Shown here: piece by piece, positions 12,041 through 24,421 of the stretch
Layout of the letters: every line of letters begins with the position of its first letter
Numbering within the stretch: the stretch's first letter is position 1
Assembly: GCF_006345805.1 (NCBI RefSeq)
Contig: NC_043023.1
Location: 1,984,001-2,048,000, forward strand
Source: Octopus sinensis
Taxonomy: Eukaryota
DNA length: 64,000 nt
Direction of reading: 5' to 3'
Position numbers and translations under genes: made by a program
The notes under the pieces: model-generated
Database searches by the model: none
What the model was told of the DNA's origin: nothing
The model's input: the letters and a program-made list of their open reading frames with translations, nothing else

Positions 12041-12575
12041 GTGCAACCAAAAGAATACCCTCCATCAGGCATTTGCCATATTCTGAACGCTTTACTTCTT
12101 TCCTGGGCATGGATACATTGAAACTCCGATGTCTGGCAGCTGACTTGGCAGACACCCATAAAATTATTAACCATCTTGCTAACAATAACTCTGAGCACCT
12201 TTTCAAACTCCACCTGTCTAACACACGTGGACATGTTTACAAAATCAGAAAACAGCACAGCTCCCATGACTTTCGGAAACATTTTTCACGCTAAGAGTTG
12301 CTGAAGCATGGAACAAACTGCCGGCATCAGTTGTTAGTTGTCGGAGCACTGCATCCTTCAAAACTTCCATGCTTCCTGAGATTCGCCAACACTACACCTG
12401 ATTTTTTCCCCTCCATACACACCGCAAGCATGTATCTGACTCATACATTGTTCGCTTTCCAGACATTTGTATATTACTGCATATGCTTTATACGCACTTT
12501 TGACAAGATGTGGTGCACCTGAGCACTGTATACAATTATTTCATTATCATTATTATTATTATTATTATCATTATT
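12041..12575 (+). mobile_element. CR1-type LINE 3' fragment
   Basis: ATKRIPSIRHLPYSER..TRGHVYKIRKQHSSHDFRKHF/LRVAEAWNKLPASVV, then stop, 3' UTR and (ATT)n tail. Confidence 0.85.
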
Positions 12576-12994
12576 CCAAGTCAGTGTTTTTCCCACACTA
12601 ATGTCTAATTTGATAATTTTCAATTTTCAAAAAATGACATGTAATATGGGGTACTCTTTAGCTGCATGGTGAAGAGATACATCTGGAAGGGGACACTCCA
12701 GCAGATCATGAAGAAGCTATAGATTATACTTTGGGTTGGGATTTTTTCATTTAGTCGAGTTTCATGCTCTGTATGTATTGGTGTTGCTGGGGATGAAGGC
12801 GACGGAGATGGAGATGACGTGAAGTTGAAGGATGACGATGGTCATGACGACGGCAGAGAAAGGCGTCATCGAGATGAAGGTGACGGAGGTGGAGAACATC
12901 CTGCATTGCTAGTGTATGTTAGCGTCATCGTTGGCTGGAGCAGGGACATAGCTGGGTTGCTAGAATGAGCTGGTCTGGTCGTCACTGGAAATTG

Positions 12995-13142
12995 ACCCCA
13001 GGACTTATTCCTTGTAAGCCTAATACTTATTCTATCGGTCTCTTTTGCCGAACTGCTAAGTTACAGGGACATAAACACACAACAATCGGTTGACAAGCAA
13101 TGTTGGGTGGACAAACACAGACGCACAGACATATACACACAT

Positions 13143-13182
<40 letters not shown>

Positions 13183-13345
13183 CGATGGACTTCTTTCAGT
13201 TTCCGTCTATCAAATCCACTCACAAGGCTTTGGTCGACCCGAGGCTATAGTAGAAGACACTTGCCCAAGATGCCATGCAGTGAGACTGAACCCGGAACCA
13301 TGTGGTTGGTAAGCAAGCTACTAACCACACAGCCAGTTCCACGCT
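12995..13345 (-). mobile_element. SINE family A
   Basis: Reverse complement of family A from head to near tail. Confidence 0.85.
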
Positions 13346-13369
13346 TATAGGAGAAGCACCAACTAGTAA

Positions 13370-13400
<31 letters not shown>

Positions 13401-13941
13401 TGTTGTTGTTGTTTATATAACACAGTAGCTTTTATAATTTTTTTCCTTATTGTTGTTGTTCTCATTCTTGATGTCTTTGCTCTTGTAGTTGTTGCTGTTT
13501 TTCTCTTTGTGATTGGACAAGGCCTTTCTCCATATCTCCATCCTTGTGGATGCCGTTGCTGCTGATCTCGCCATTGTTGTTTTGTTCGTTCCTGCACTTC
13601 TTCTGCTTACAGCCGTTGTAGTTCTTATTGTTGCTGTTGTTATTATTATTCAGTGTCTCTTTTCGTTCCCCTGTTCTTGTTCTTCTCCTTGCTGTTGTCA
13701 GTTGTTGTTGCTGTTCTTCTTCTTGTTGTTGTTGTTACGCAATTTTTGCTGTTTGTGCAAGGAGAAAAAGCCGGAGATTACATTGATATGTGCAGTGATG
13801 TGCAGTATTAGCAAGGTGCAACATGCACCTGAGTGCAGCTCATTGTATTACTGCAGCAGCATTGGTTAATGGCTGCACTTCCGTCTTGGAACCAAACTCT
13901 GGAATTAATTCCACTGTGAATTATTCTTGAACAAAGAACAC

Positions 13942-14041
13942 NNNNNNNNNNNNNNNNNNNNNNNNNNNNNNNNNNNNNNNNNNNNNNNNNNNNNNNNNNN
14001 NNNNNNNNNNNNNNNNNNNNNNNNNNNNNNNNNNNNNNNNN
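13942..14041. other. Assembly gap (100 N)
   Basis: Run of exactly 100 N. Confidence 1.
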
Positions 14042-14930
14042 AGCAGTTCGGCAAAAGAGACTGATAGAATAAGTACTAGGCTTAAAACGAATAAGTCCTG
14101 GGGTCTATTTGCTCGACTAAAGGCGGTGCTCCAGCATGGCCGCAGTCAAATTGACTGAAACACGTAAAAGAGTATATATATTTATGTGCATACTTTCATA
14201 TATAATCATCATCATCATCAACTGCCGCTTTCCATGTGTATATACATAGATATAGAGTGTGTGTGTGTAAATGAATAAATGTATGTAGCATTCTCTGCCA
14301 AGAATAGTAATTATAGTGACTTCAAAGTTTTGGCCTGCTAAGCCATCACTGGACTTCCATAACATCAAAATAAACATTATTGTGTTGATATATATATCTG
14401 TGTATGTGTGTGTGTATGAGGGTATATATAAAAATGTGTGCATGTATAGAAATATGTATATGTATGTAAGTATATGTATGTATGTATATATATATATATA
14501 TTTAGGTTTCAAATTTTGGCACAACGCCAGCAGTTTCATAGGTGCGCTCAACTGGTTCTTATTTTATTGATCCTGCAAGGATGAAAGGCAAAGTTGACCT
14601 CAGCAGAATTTGAACCCAGAACATAAAGACTAAGCATTTTTCCATGTGCTAACGATTCTGCCAACTTGTATGTATGTATTCTGGGTTCAGATTCCGCTGA
14701 GGTCGACTTTGCCTTTCATCCTGTCGGGGTTGATAAATTAAGTATCAGTTGCATACTGGGGTCTATCTAATCGACTGGCCCCCTCCCCCCAAATTTCAAG
14801 CCTTGAGCCTAAAGTAGAAAAGGATATATTCATATATATTTATATATATGTATGTATGTATATGTCCATACATATATATATGCTTGTATACACACATACA
14901 CACACACATATATACATGTATAAAAAATGT

Positions 14931-15347
14931 AGGCGCAGGAGTGGCTGTGTGGTAAGTAGCTTGCTTACCAGCCACATAGTTCCAGTTTCAGTCCCACTGC
15001 GTGGCACCTTGGGCAAGTGTCTTCTACTATAGCCTTTGGGCCGACCAAAGCTTTGTGAGTGGATTTGGTAGGCGGAAACTGAAAGAAGCCCGTAGTATAT
15101 ATGTATATATATATGTATATGTACGTGTGTGTATGTGTTTCTGTGTCTGTGTTTGTCCACTCAACATCACTTGACAACCAATGCTGGTGTGTTTACGTCC
15201 CCGTAACTTAGCGGTTTGGCAAAAGAGACCGATAGAATAAGTACTAGTCTTACAAAGAATAAGTCCTGGGGTCGATTTGCTCGACTAAAGGCGGTGCTCC
15301 AGCATGGCCATAGTCAAATGACTGAAACAAGTAAAAGAGTAAAAGAG
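14931..15347 (+). mobile_element. SINE family A, full length
   Basis: aggcgcaggagtggctgtgtgg to gtaaaagagtaaaagag. Confidence 0.9.
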
Positions 15348-15368
15348 TATATTTATGTATATATATTT

Positions 15369-16277
15369 ACAAGGTGGTACCCAAAACAAAGCCAGAATTT
15401 TGCAATATTATTTTATTCGCTTAGTTTTACATATTTACACTTTTACCACCTTCAAAATATTCTCCATTTGAAGCAATGCTTCAGTCCAGACATGTTTTCC
15501 ACTGCCTGAAGCAGTGCCGGAACTCTTGTGAAGTGATGCCTTTTAACGTCTTTGTTGTTTTTTTTCTTCATCTTTTCCACATCTGCAAATTCCATAGCAC
15601 CAGCTTTCGTCACCAGTGATAACCTTCAGAAAAAAGATCTGGATCAACTTCCAGCTGTTCTTTCAATTCACAACATGCGTTCAGTCATGACAGCTTTTGA
15701 TCTTCCGTGAGTAAGCGAGGCTCAAACTTTGCTGCAACTCATTTCATCCATAATTCCTCACTCAAAATTCATTTGCAGGAGCTCCAGGACACACCAGTCA
15801 TATCAACAAGTTTGTCAATTGTTCGATGATGGTCCTCCAAGATCCATTCATGAATATCCATGATGTTTTCCTTTGATTGGGTGGTCAACATTTGCACTGA
15901 ATGAGGTTGGTCCTCAAGTGACAAGTGACCATCTCTACAGTGTGGAAACCACTTGTAAGCTTGTATTTTGCTCTTGGCAATGGCCTTGGAAGCTGTTTGA
16001 AGCATGATGACTCTCCTGGGTACTGTTTTCCTCAGCAGAAAACAGAATTTCTTTGACACATGCTGCACCTTTGTTTCAGCCATCTCAAAAATCGATGAAC
16101 AGGTGAGAAGCACTGCAAAACAAATATGCACCATGTGGCAGTTCGACACCACATGATGCCACAGGTTTGCAGACTAATTCTTGAGAGTTGAATCAAGTGA
16201 CTTCTAACGGCGGAAACCTGAGATATAACAGGCTCATCCCACAAAGAATGGTTTCAGTTACTTTTGAGTACTCTCTT
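15369..16277 (-). mobile_element. Internally deleted mariner transposon
   Basis: N-terminus MAETKVQHVSKKFCFLL..EDQPHS..TIDKLVDMTGVSWSSC, then KVITGDESWCYG fused directly to C-terminal FADVE..SNGEYFEG. Degenerate ITRs at both ends. Confidence 0.85.
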
Positions 16278-16299
16278 ATATATATAATGTATATTATAG

Positions 16300-16885
16300 C
16301 CAGTTTGCTGCTCTGGTAATAATCACGCTCAGATGGTGCTCTTAGTGCTCCACTAGCACAATGCCAGTCATCGAATTTGATTTCGATTTCGATCTCACTT
16401 GACCTGTTGAGGCAAGTGAAACCAAAATCGAAATCAAATCAATGACTGGCATCCGTGCTAGTGGAGTGCTAAGAGCACCATCCGAGCGTGATCGTTGCCA
16501 GAGCAGCAAACTGGCTTCTGTGCTGGTCGCACGTAAAAAGCACCATTTGAGTGTGATCGTTACCAGTGTCACCTTACTGGCACGTGAAAAAGCATTGAAG
16601 CAAATTTGTTGCCAGTGCCGCTGGACTGGCTCCTGTGCAGGTGGCACATAAAAAACACTATTTGAGCGTGGCCATTGCCAGTATTGCCTGAATGACCCTC
16701 ATGCTGGTGGCACATAAAAGCATCCACTACACTCTCGGAGTGGTTGGCATTAGGAAGGGCATCTAGCTGTAGAAACTCTGCCAGATCTGATTGGAGCCTG
16801 GTGCAGCCATCTGGCTCACCTGTCCTCAGTCAAACCGTCCAACCCATGCCAGCATGGAAAGCGGAAATTAAACGATGATGATGAT
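16300..16885 (+). mobile_element. Family C element with internal ~170-bp hairpin
   Basis: Inverted arms span 16322-16492; typical family C tail ending in (GAT)n. Confidence 0.8.
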
Positions 16886-16917
16886 GATAATTATATTATA
16901 TTATATATATATCTATA

Positions 16918-16978
<61 letters not shown>

Positions 16979-17640
16979 GTATACATTCATATAAAGATAG
17001 ATAATTATACATAAATATATATACACATTTACTACATATATCTACTAATTTGCATTCATACATGCATACATGCATATAAAAATGCTTACATACACATATT
17101 AGAAACAGAGAAAGCATAATTGATCATTTTAAGCTTTATAAAACATACATGCACTTCTGCAAGCTGAAGGTTGCTATTATGTAAGCTGATTGTTCTCTTA
17201 TGCAATCCAATCAGCTTACGTAATGGAGACATTTGGCTTGCAGAAACATGCGTATGTTACATAAAGCTTAAAATACCAGTCATGTTTTCTGTATTTATTT
17301 TTTTCATTAATATATAATGTGAATCAATCTCTATACACCGGCCTATCTATGGATGTGATGGTTGTTGACAAATTGCATTGAATATAAGAGTCGGGTGTTG
17401 ATATGTTTACCAGAAGGTAACATTTGCCTCCCAGCATAGGTTCAATGGTATATATGTAAACACACACACACACACATACACACACACACACATGTAGATG
17501 GAAAGATATAGATATTTATACATACAAATATATATATATATATATACTTACATATGTGCATATGTGTGTGTGTGTGTCTATATATGTATATGTATATATA
17601 TATGAATATATATGTCCCTCTCTCTCTCTTTCTCTCTCTG

Positions 17641-17677
<37 letters not shown>

Positions 17678-17679
<2 letters not shown>

Positions 17680-17898
17680 CAACAATCAAGGAACGGCCAT
17701 AATAGGCCATTCACCCACTAGAAATAACAGCCAAAGCTTCAACCGCAAATAAAAGTCAATTCCGTAAACAGGAGAAAATTTTTTAAATTTTTTTAAATTT
17801 TCTCCTGTTTACGGAATTGACTTTTATTTGCGGTTGAAGCTTTGGCTGTTATTTTTAGTGGGTGAATGGCCTATTATGGCCGTTCCTTGATTGTTGAT
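17678..17898. repeat. Near-perfect palindrome (104-bp arms, 1 mismatch, 13-nt spacer)
   Basis: atcaacaatcaaggaacggcc..caggagaaaattt and its reverse complement; (TA)n on the left. Confidence 0.95.
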
Positions 17899-18234
17899 GT
17901 TGAACTTAAAAATGGTCTATGACTATTTAATTTTTTCCCACTAGGCCGCTGGTGGCAAAAAAATTCTACAAAATTTTTTTTGCCACCCTATATTGATTAA
18001 ATAAATATATATATATATATATATTGTGTGTGTATGTGTATATATATCTATGTGTGTCTTTATGTATATGCATTTATGTATGTGTATACATATATGTGCG
18101 TGTACGAATGTGTATATATAACTGTATATATATATATATATATATATGTATATACACACATGTATCTATTTATATATACACAGACATATATATGTATATA
18201 TACATATATACATGTGTGTGTGTCTGTGTGTGTG

Positions 18235-18265
<31 letters not shown>

Positions 18266-18649
18266 GGAGAGAGAAAGACAGATAGACAGATGTGCATATA
18301 TTTACATTTATGTATATGATAAATGAGAAGGATATCAATTCATGCAATATCACATACACATGCACACACACTCACACATACGATATGATTATAAGCCATC
18401 CTTTTGCATCTTCTGATATTCCATGAAAAAAAAACAAACAACAATAACAACAACAACAAAAAAATGATAAAACAAATACAAAAAAGAAGACAAAAAAATT
18501 CTAAGCCGTAAAATGCAAAACATTTTGCTGAATGTCAAGGAAAAAAAAAATATGGGAAACTTATAATTTTGTATATGTCGGATATGAGAGAAAAGGACTT
18601 TCGTGGTGGAAGGGGCTGTGAGGGTGGGCTACTGTCATCATTCCTCTCT

Positions 18650-19512
18650 GTCATTCACTTTTTCTTTCTTCTTTCATTCCTTTCTTTTTCTTTCCTTTTC
18701 TTTCATTTTTTTCTTTCCTTCTTTCTTTCTTTCTTTCTTCCTTCCTGTTTTGTGGTTTTTTCTTTTTCTTCCTTTCTCCCTTTCTTTTTTCCTTTCTTTC
18801 ATTTTTATTTTCCTTCTTTCTTCCATTCTTTCTCTATCTTTCATCCTTCATTCCCTTCTTTTTTTCTATCTTCCCTCCTTTCTTTATACTTTCCTTCCTT
18901 CATTCCTTTCTTTCCTCCTTTCTTTTTTCTTTCCTTTTCTTTCATTTTTCCTTTCCTTCTTTCTTTCTTTGTCTTCCATCCTTTCCTTCTTTCTTTTTTA
19001 CTTTCCTTCTTTCCTTTCATAATTTTTGTTTTGTCTTTCTTTCTTCCTTCCTGTTTTGTGTTTTTTTCTTTTTCTTCATTCCTCCCTTAATTTCTTTCAT
19101 TTTTTTCTTTCCTTCTTTCTGTCTTCCATCCTTTCTTTCTTTCTTTTTTACTTTCCTTCTGTTTCCTTCTTTCCTTTATTTTTGTTTTGTTTTTCTTTCT
19201 TCCTTCCTGTTTTGTGTTTTTTCTTTTTCTCCCTTAATTTCTTTTTTCCTTTCTATCATTTTTACTTTCCTTCTTTCTTCCATTCTTTCTCTATCTTTCA
19301 TCCTTCCTTTCCTTCTTTCTTTTTCCCTCCTTTCTCTATATCTTCCTTCATTCATTCATTCAATTTTTTCCTTCTTTTTTCTTTCCTTCATTTATTTCTA
19401 TGTTTCTTTTTCTTACCTTCCTTTCTTCCTTCCTTGAATCTTTCTACTTCTTTCTGTTCTTTTCTTTCTTCTCTTCTTGCTCTTTCCTTCCTTCCTTCTT
19501 TTCTTCCCTTTC
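18650..19512 (+). repeat. ~860-bp polypyrimidine (TC-rich) tract
   Basis: Mostly T/C with internal duplications; source of the Phe/Ser ORFs. Confidence 0.9.
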
Positions 19513-19673
19513 ACCTGAAATATCAGCGGTGATGACAATGACGATAAAGACAAAACAACAAGGATGGCTTATAATCAAACTGAGTGGAAAAAGGGACCCC
19601 TGCTCCCATATTTCATAGTAATTGTTAAGTTTGCCTAGCTATCTTTCATTCATTCTATCTAAATATATCAATA

Positions 19674-20058
19674 CTAGCAGTATCGCCTGGCGTTGCTCAG
19701 ATTTGTAAGGGAAATAACTATAAAGCAATTTTAGAGAGTTATAGCCAAAATATAGCAAAAAATGGGAAAAAAAATTATGGTAAATTTTTTTTGAGAGTTA
19801 AAAAGGTCGAGTTGCGTCCCCTAGACAGTCTGTGGCTTGTGTTTCTGATTCTCGACCCCATGTCGAATTTATCGATTTTATTTCAGAACTGGGGGAACTT
19901 TTCAAAATTTTCGCTGCGTTAGTTTTGAATTATGACATTGGGCTATGTGTGTGTCAAGTTTCATCAGAATCGGTTGAAAGCCATGGTCAGGGTGAGGGTA
20001 CAACCTGACAGACACACAGACACACAGACAGACAAACTGCCGTTTATATAGAGAGAGA
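19674..20058 (-). mobile_element. Non-autonomous Helitron, second subfamily
   Basis: Shares the ~110-bp CTAG/hairpin end with 9901-10294 but has a different interior; 5' TC on the minus strand. Confidence 0.8.
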
Positions 20059-20064
20059 TATGTC

Positions 20065-20345
20065 CAAACATGGCCGATGCCAGCACCATCTTGGCTGGCT
20101 TCCATTCCAGTGGCACGTAAAAACCACCGATCATGACCGTTGCCAGCCTCCCCTGGCACCTGTGCCGGTGGTACGTAAAAAGCACCCACTACACTCATGG
20201 AGTGGTTAGCGTTAGGAAGGGCATCCAGCTGTAGAAACACCTTAAGATCAGACTGGAGCCTGGTGCAGACTCCTGGCTTCCCAGACTTCAGTCAAAGCGT
20301 CCAACCCATGCCAGCATGGAAAAACAGCGTTAAATGACAACGGAT
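20065..20345 (+). mobile_element. Family C element
   Basis: gtacgtaaaaagcacccactacactc..ggaagggcatccagctg..catggaaaaacagcgttaaatgac. Confidence 0.8.
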
Positions 20346-20656
20346 ATGATATATATATATATATATAATAATTTCAACAATTGAGGGCAAAATTAATTAA
20401 TTTTAATCAATTTCACCAAGTTTTTCAGTATGCAAAGGGACCATTCAAGCGAATTCAAATTATTACATTATATAAAAGGGCTTTAGTAAAATAAATTACT
20501 TTGCCGCTACTGAACTCATTAGAAATAGCAGCTAAAAAAACTTTTTTAAGGCTATTTCCTAATACTTAAAGAAATCTCTCTCATATATAGTGTTTGCATA
20601 ATTTAACTCACAAAAGTTTTGGGGGTAATGACATCGAAAAATCAAATGCTAAGTTA

Positions 20657-20712
20657 TTCGAGAACGTACGTTTCAAGATTGTCAAAACAACATTTCTATC
20701 ATCGGCTCGGAA
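20657..20712 (-). ncRNA. Hammerhead-like fold, CCGAUGA core
   Basis: Minus-strand copy of the motif at 21207-21263, with the same core, GAAAC-GUAC-GUU and stem I. Confidence 0.45.
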
Positions 20713-21206
20713 ATTCCTTGTTTGGATTTGGAACACTGAAAATAAGAACATACCCTCTCGAAGATCTGCTCCCAACTATAACAGTGTCAACACAATTCAA
20801 AATAAGCAAGCGAAGAATCTCTGTTCTCCCCTTTCCACCAGCGTGGTTAAATCATCAAACTCTATGCTTATTTCTGGTAAAGTCCTAAGCATTAATCAGA
20901 GGGAGATTAATTATAATTTCAACATTGAGGGCAAAATTAATTAATTATTAATCAATTTCACCAAGTGTTCAGTATGCAAAGGGACCATTCAAGGCGAATT
21001 CAAATTATTACATATAATAAAAGGCTTAGTAAAATAAATTACTTTGCCGCATACTGAACTCATTAGAAATCAGCTAAAAAAACTTTTTTAAGGCTATTTC
21101 TAATACTTAAAGAAATCTCTCTCATATATATGTTTGCATAATTTAACTCACAAAAGTTTGGGGTTGTTTTCTTATTTTCAGTGTTTCCAAATCCAAACCA
21201 AGGAAT

Positions 21207-21263
21207 TTCCGAGCCGATGATAGAAATGTTGTTTTGACTAATCTTGAAACGTACGTTCTCGAA
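21207..21263 (+). ncRNA. Hammerhead-like fold, CCGAUGA core
   Basis: Stem I UUCCGAG/CUCGAA, core CCGAUGA (U4 replaced by C), weak stem II, GAAA-C-GUAC-G-UU. Predicted cut after 21257. Confidence 0.45.
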
Positions 21264-22009
21264 TAACCTTAGCATTTGATTTTTCGATGTCATTACCCCA
21301 AACTTTTGTGAGTTAAATTATGCAAACACTATATATGAGAGAGATTTTCTTTAAGTATTAGAAATAGCCTTAAAAAAGTTTTTTAGCTGCTATTTCTAAT
21401 GAGTTCAGTATGCGGCAAAGTAATTTATTTTACTAAGCCCTTTTATATAATGTAATAATTTGAATTCGCCTTGAATGGTCCCTTTGCATACTGAACACTT
21501 GGTGAAATTGATTAATAATTAATTAATTTTGCCCTCAATTGTTGAAATTATAATTAATCTCCCTCTGATTAATGCTTCGGACTTTACCGAAATAAGCATA
21601 GAGTTTGATGATTTTAACCCACGCTGGTGGAAAGGGGAGAACAGAGATTCTTCGCTTGCTTATTTTGAATTTGTTGACACTGTTAGTGTGGGAGCAGATC
21701 TTCGAGAGGGTATGTTCTTATTTTCAGTGTTTCCAAATCCAAACCAAGGAATTTCCGAGCCGTATGATAAATGTTGTTTTGACTAATCTTGAAACGTACG
21801 TTCTCGAATACCCTTAGCATTTATTTTTCTATGTCATTACCCCCAAAACCCAAACTTTTGAGTTTCATTATGCAAACACTATATGAGAGAGATTTTCTTC
21901 TTTAAGTATTAGAAATAGCCTAAAAAAGTTTTTTAGCTGCTATTTCTAATGAGTTCAGTATGCGGCAAAGTAATTTATTTTACTAAGCCCTTTTATATAA
22001 TATATATAT

Positions 22010-22045
<36 letters not shown>

Positions 22046-22478
22046 CATATATCTCTCGTCTGTCTGTACTCTCTATGTGTGTGTATGTTGTGATGCATGT
22101 ATGTATAAATATATAATATATATATATACACACACACATATACTACATACATACATACATACATACATACATACATACATACATTCATACATACATACAT
22201 ACATACATACATTCATACATACACACATATATATTTTTTCAGCATTTCTCTCCTCCCTTCATGAAAATTCTTAGCTGAAATTAAAAAACATAAAATCACC
22301 ACATGGAAAAATAAAAAAAAATTTTTAAATAAAACCTAAATAAATAACAGACACAGAAAGATAACAAGCAAAGAACAAAAAATATGTTCATAATTTCTTA
22401 AAATGAAAATAAACACACGCACAAATATATACATACATACATACACATATATATACATACATACATATATACATACAT

Positions 22479-24421
22479 ATCCTTAAATCCTTAAATCCTT
22501 AAAAATGTTTTAGCCCGAAGGCCGCGGCCATGCGGGGCAAAACACCGCTGAATGAGCTACACTAGTTTGTGAATCCACCTCTGATACGTGGCACTTGATC
22601 AACAAGGGAGTTCGATGCTGCTGCCCGCATCCGTGTCTCCTGTCGTGAGGTAGGTTCATCTGGGACTCCCAACAGAAGAGATCCATTTAGTTTTAAAGAA
22701 ACCCACATCCACACCATGTAAGTCTCTCAGCATTTAGGGAGGATGTTAAAGAGTTGTGGTCCTGAAACCCAAGCTGTTGCAGTATCTGGACCTGTATTTT
22801 TGATGGTGATGTTGGAATCCTTGGCACCACGCAGCGGCGCCCCATTCTGCGGTTGAGTAACTTTGAATGCCAAAGTTTGGGACAAGACCCTCCAGGATTT
22901 TCCAGATGTATATCACTGCATATCTCTCCCGCCTCCGCTCCAGGGAAGAGGTTTAATACCTTCAGTCTTTCCCAGTAGCTGACATTTTGCATTGAGACGA
23001 TTTTCTTGTGTAGCTTCTCTGAGTTGCTTCGAGTTCTGCTGTTTGTTTTATATTGTTGGTGACCAAAGTTGGGAGCAGTAGTCCAGCGCTGAGGACAAAT
23101 GTTTCCATAGGACCATCAGTGTCTCCTTCTCTCTTGTTCTGAAAGTTCAGAGAATCCATCCAGCTAGCCGTCTGCATTTATCACCAGATTAGCAATATGC
23201 ATTTGAAAGATGCATCATTGCTCATGTCAATGCCCAGGTCACGCACTGATTTGACTCAGGGATTGCAATCTTCCTGGGCCAGTGTATCCGTCTTCACGTC
23301 ATTTACCTTTGTGTGCCAGTAGCGCAGGGCCTGGAACTTACCTGCATTAAACTGCATGTTGTTGTCCTCAGCCCACCTGTATATTGTGTCCAGCTCATGT
23401 TGCAGATGCGCAATATTTTCAGGGTTTTGTATTGCGTGGGAGACTTTTGTGTCATCTGCATAGCTAGCAAGGTGGTCATCGTAGCAACTGAAGGCATGTC
23501 TGAAAGGGCCACTATGAACATCAGTGGCCCCAAGACAGTGCCCTGTGGGACACCGCTTGTTATTTGCGTTTCCCTGGAGGTGGCTCCATTGCTCACAACT
23601 GCCTGTTTTTCTGTCTTTTAGGAAGTTGTGCAGCCACTCTCCAAGTTTCCCGCCTATGCCGATACCACGCAGTTTGTGACAGATCATACCATGGTCGACT
23701 TTATCAAAGGCTTTTGCAAAGTCAAGATATATTACATCCACATTTGAGCCATTTAGTAGCTGTTTCACACCCAGTCATAGTGTTGCGCAGGAGCTGTGTT
23801 AGGCAGCCTCTACCTGGTCGAAATCCATGCTGGGTGTCAGACAGTAAGTCATTTTCTTCAAGGAACATGATTAGTTTCTTACGGACTATTCGTTCCATGA
23901 CTTTGCTGATGTGTGAGGTCAGAGAGATAGGCCTATAATTTTTAGCATCTGCTCTGCTACCTCCCTTATGGATAGGGCATATTACCCCCTCTTTCAGTTG
24001 ACTGGGAGCTTACCACTTGCAAGAAAGCTCTGAAAAAGAAGCTGTAGCGGTTTTGCAAGGCTCGTTTGCACGATTTGAGAAGGATCGCTGGGAATCCATC
24101 AGGTCCAGCGGCTGAGTTTGTGTCAATCTCATCAATGGCTAGTGTGATATCATCTTCTTCGATGTTGATGTACTCAATTTTTGTCTCTTTGGCCGCTGGT
24201 AAAGTGGCAAAGAATTCTTCTGGGTTGTTTACTTGCCTGTGTCCTAGAGGTGTAGTGAACACACTTTGGAACTGTTCGTTCAGTATTTCACTTATCCTCG
24301 TGGGATTTCCTGTGAGAGAGCCATCTTTTTGGAAGAGAGGTCCTATTCTCTGGTGCACTGTGGCTGTCTCTTTGGCAAACTTAAAGAAAGCTTTAGGGTT
24401 TGATTTTATATTTTCTATTAT
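22479..24421 (-). pseudogene. CR1-type LINE ORF2 (reverse transcriptase), 5'-truncated and frameshifted
   Basis: SAAGPDGFP, IYLDFAKAFDKVDH, SGVPQGTVLGPLMF and YADDTK motifs split across frames; 3' tail (AAGGATTT)n. Confidence 0.92.

Larger units (their letters stand above)
20368..22001. mobile_element. Folded-back array of a ~545-bp unit (about 1.5 units forward, 1.5 reverse) between (TA)n tracts
   Basis: Forward 20368-21162 and reverse 21163-22001. Arms ~20460-21162 and ~21297-22001 pair, leaving a ~134-bp spacer. Confidence 0.9.

Noticed and set aside
19515-19579. Possible 65-nt minus-strand exon with a good acceptor
   Set aside because: Weak donor (GTGAAA), low-complexity peptide, and it overlaps a dispersed repeat motif.
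21150-21180. Sequencing-adapter fold-back artefact at the array centre
   Set aside because: No adapter sequence is visible, the junction is asymmetric (~134-bp spacer) and the arms differ. Read-level confirmation is still needed.
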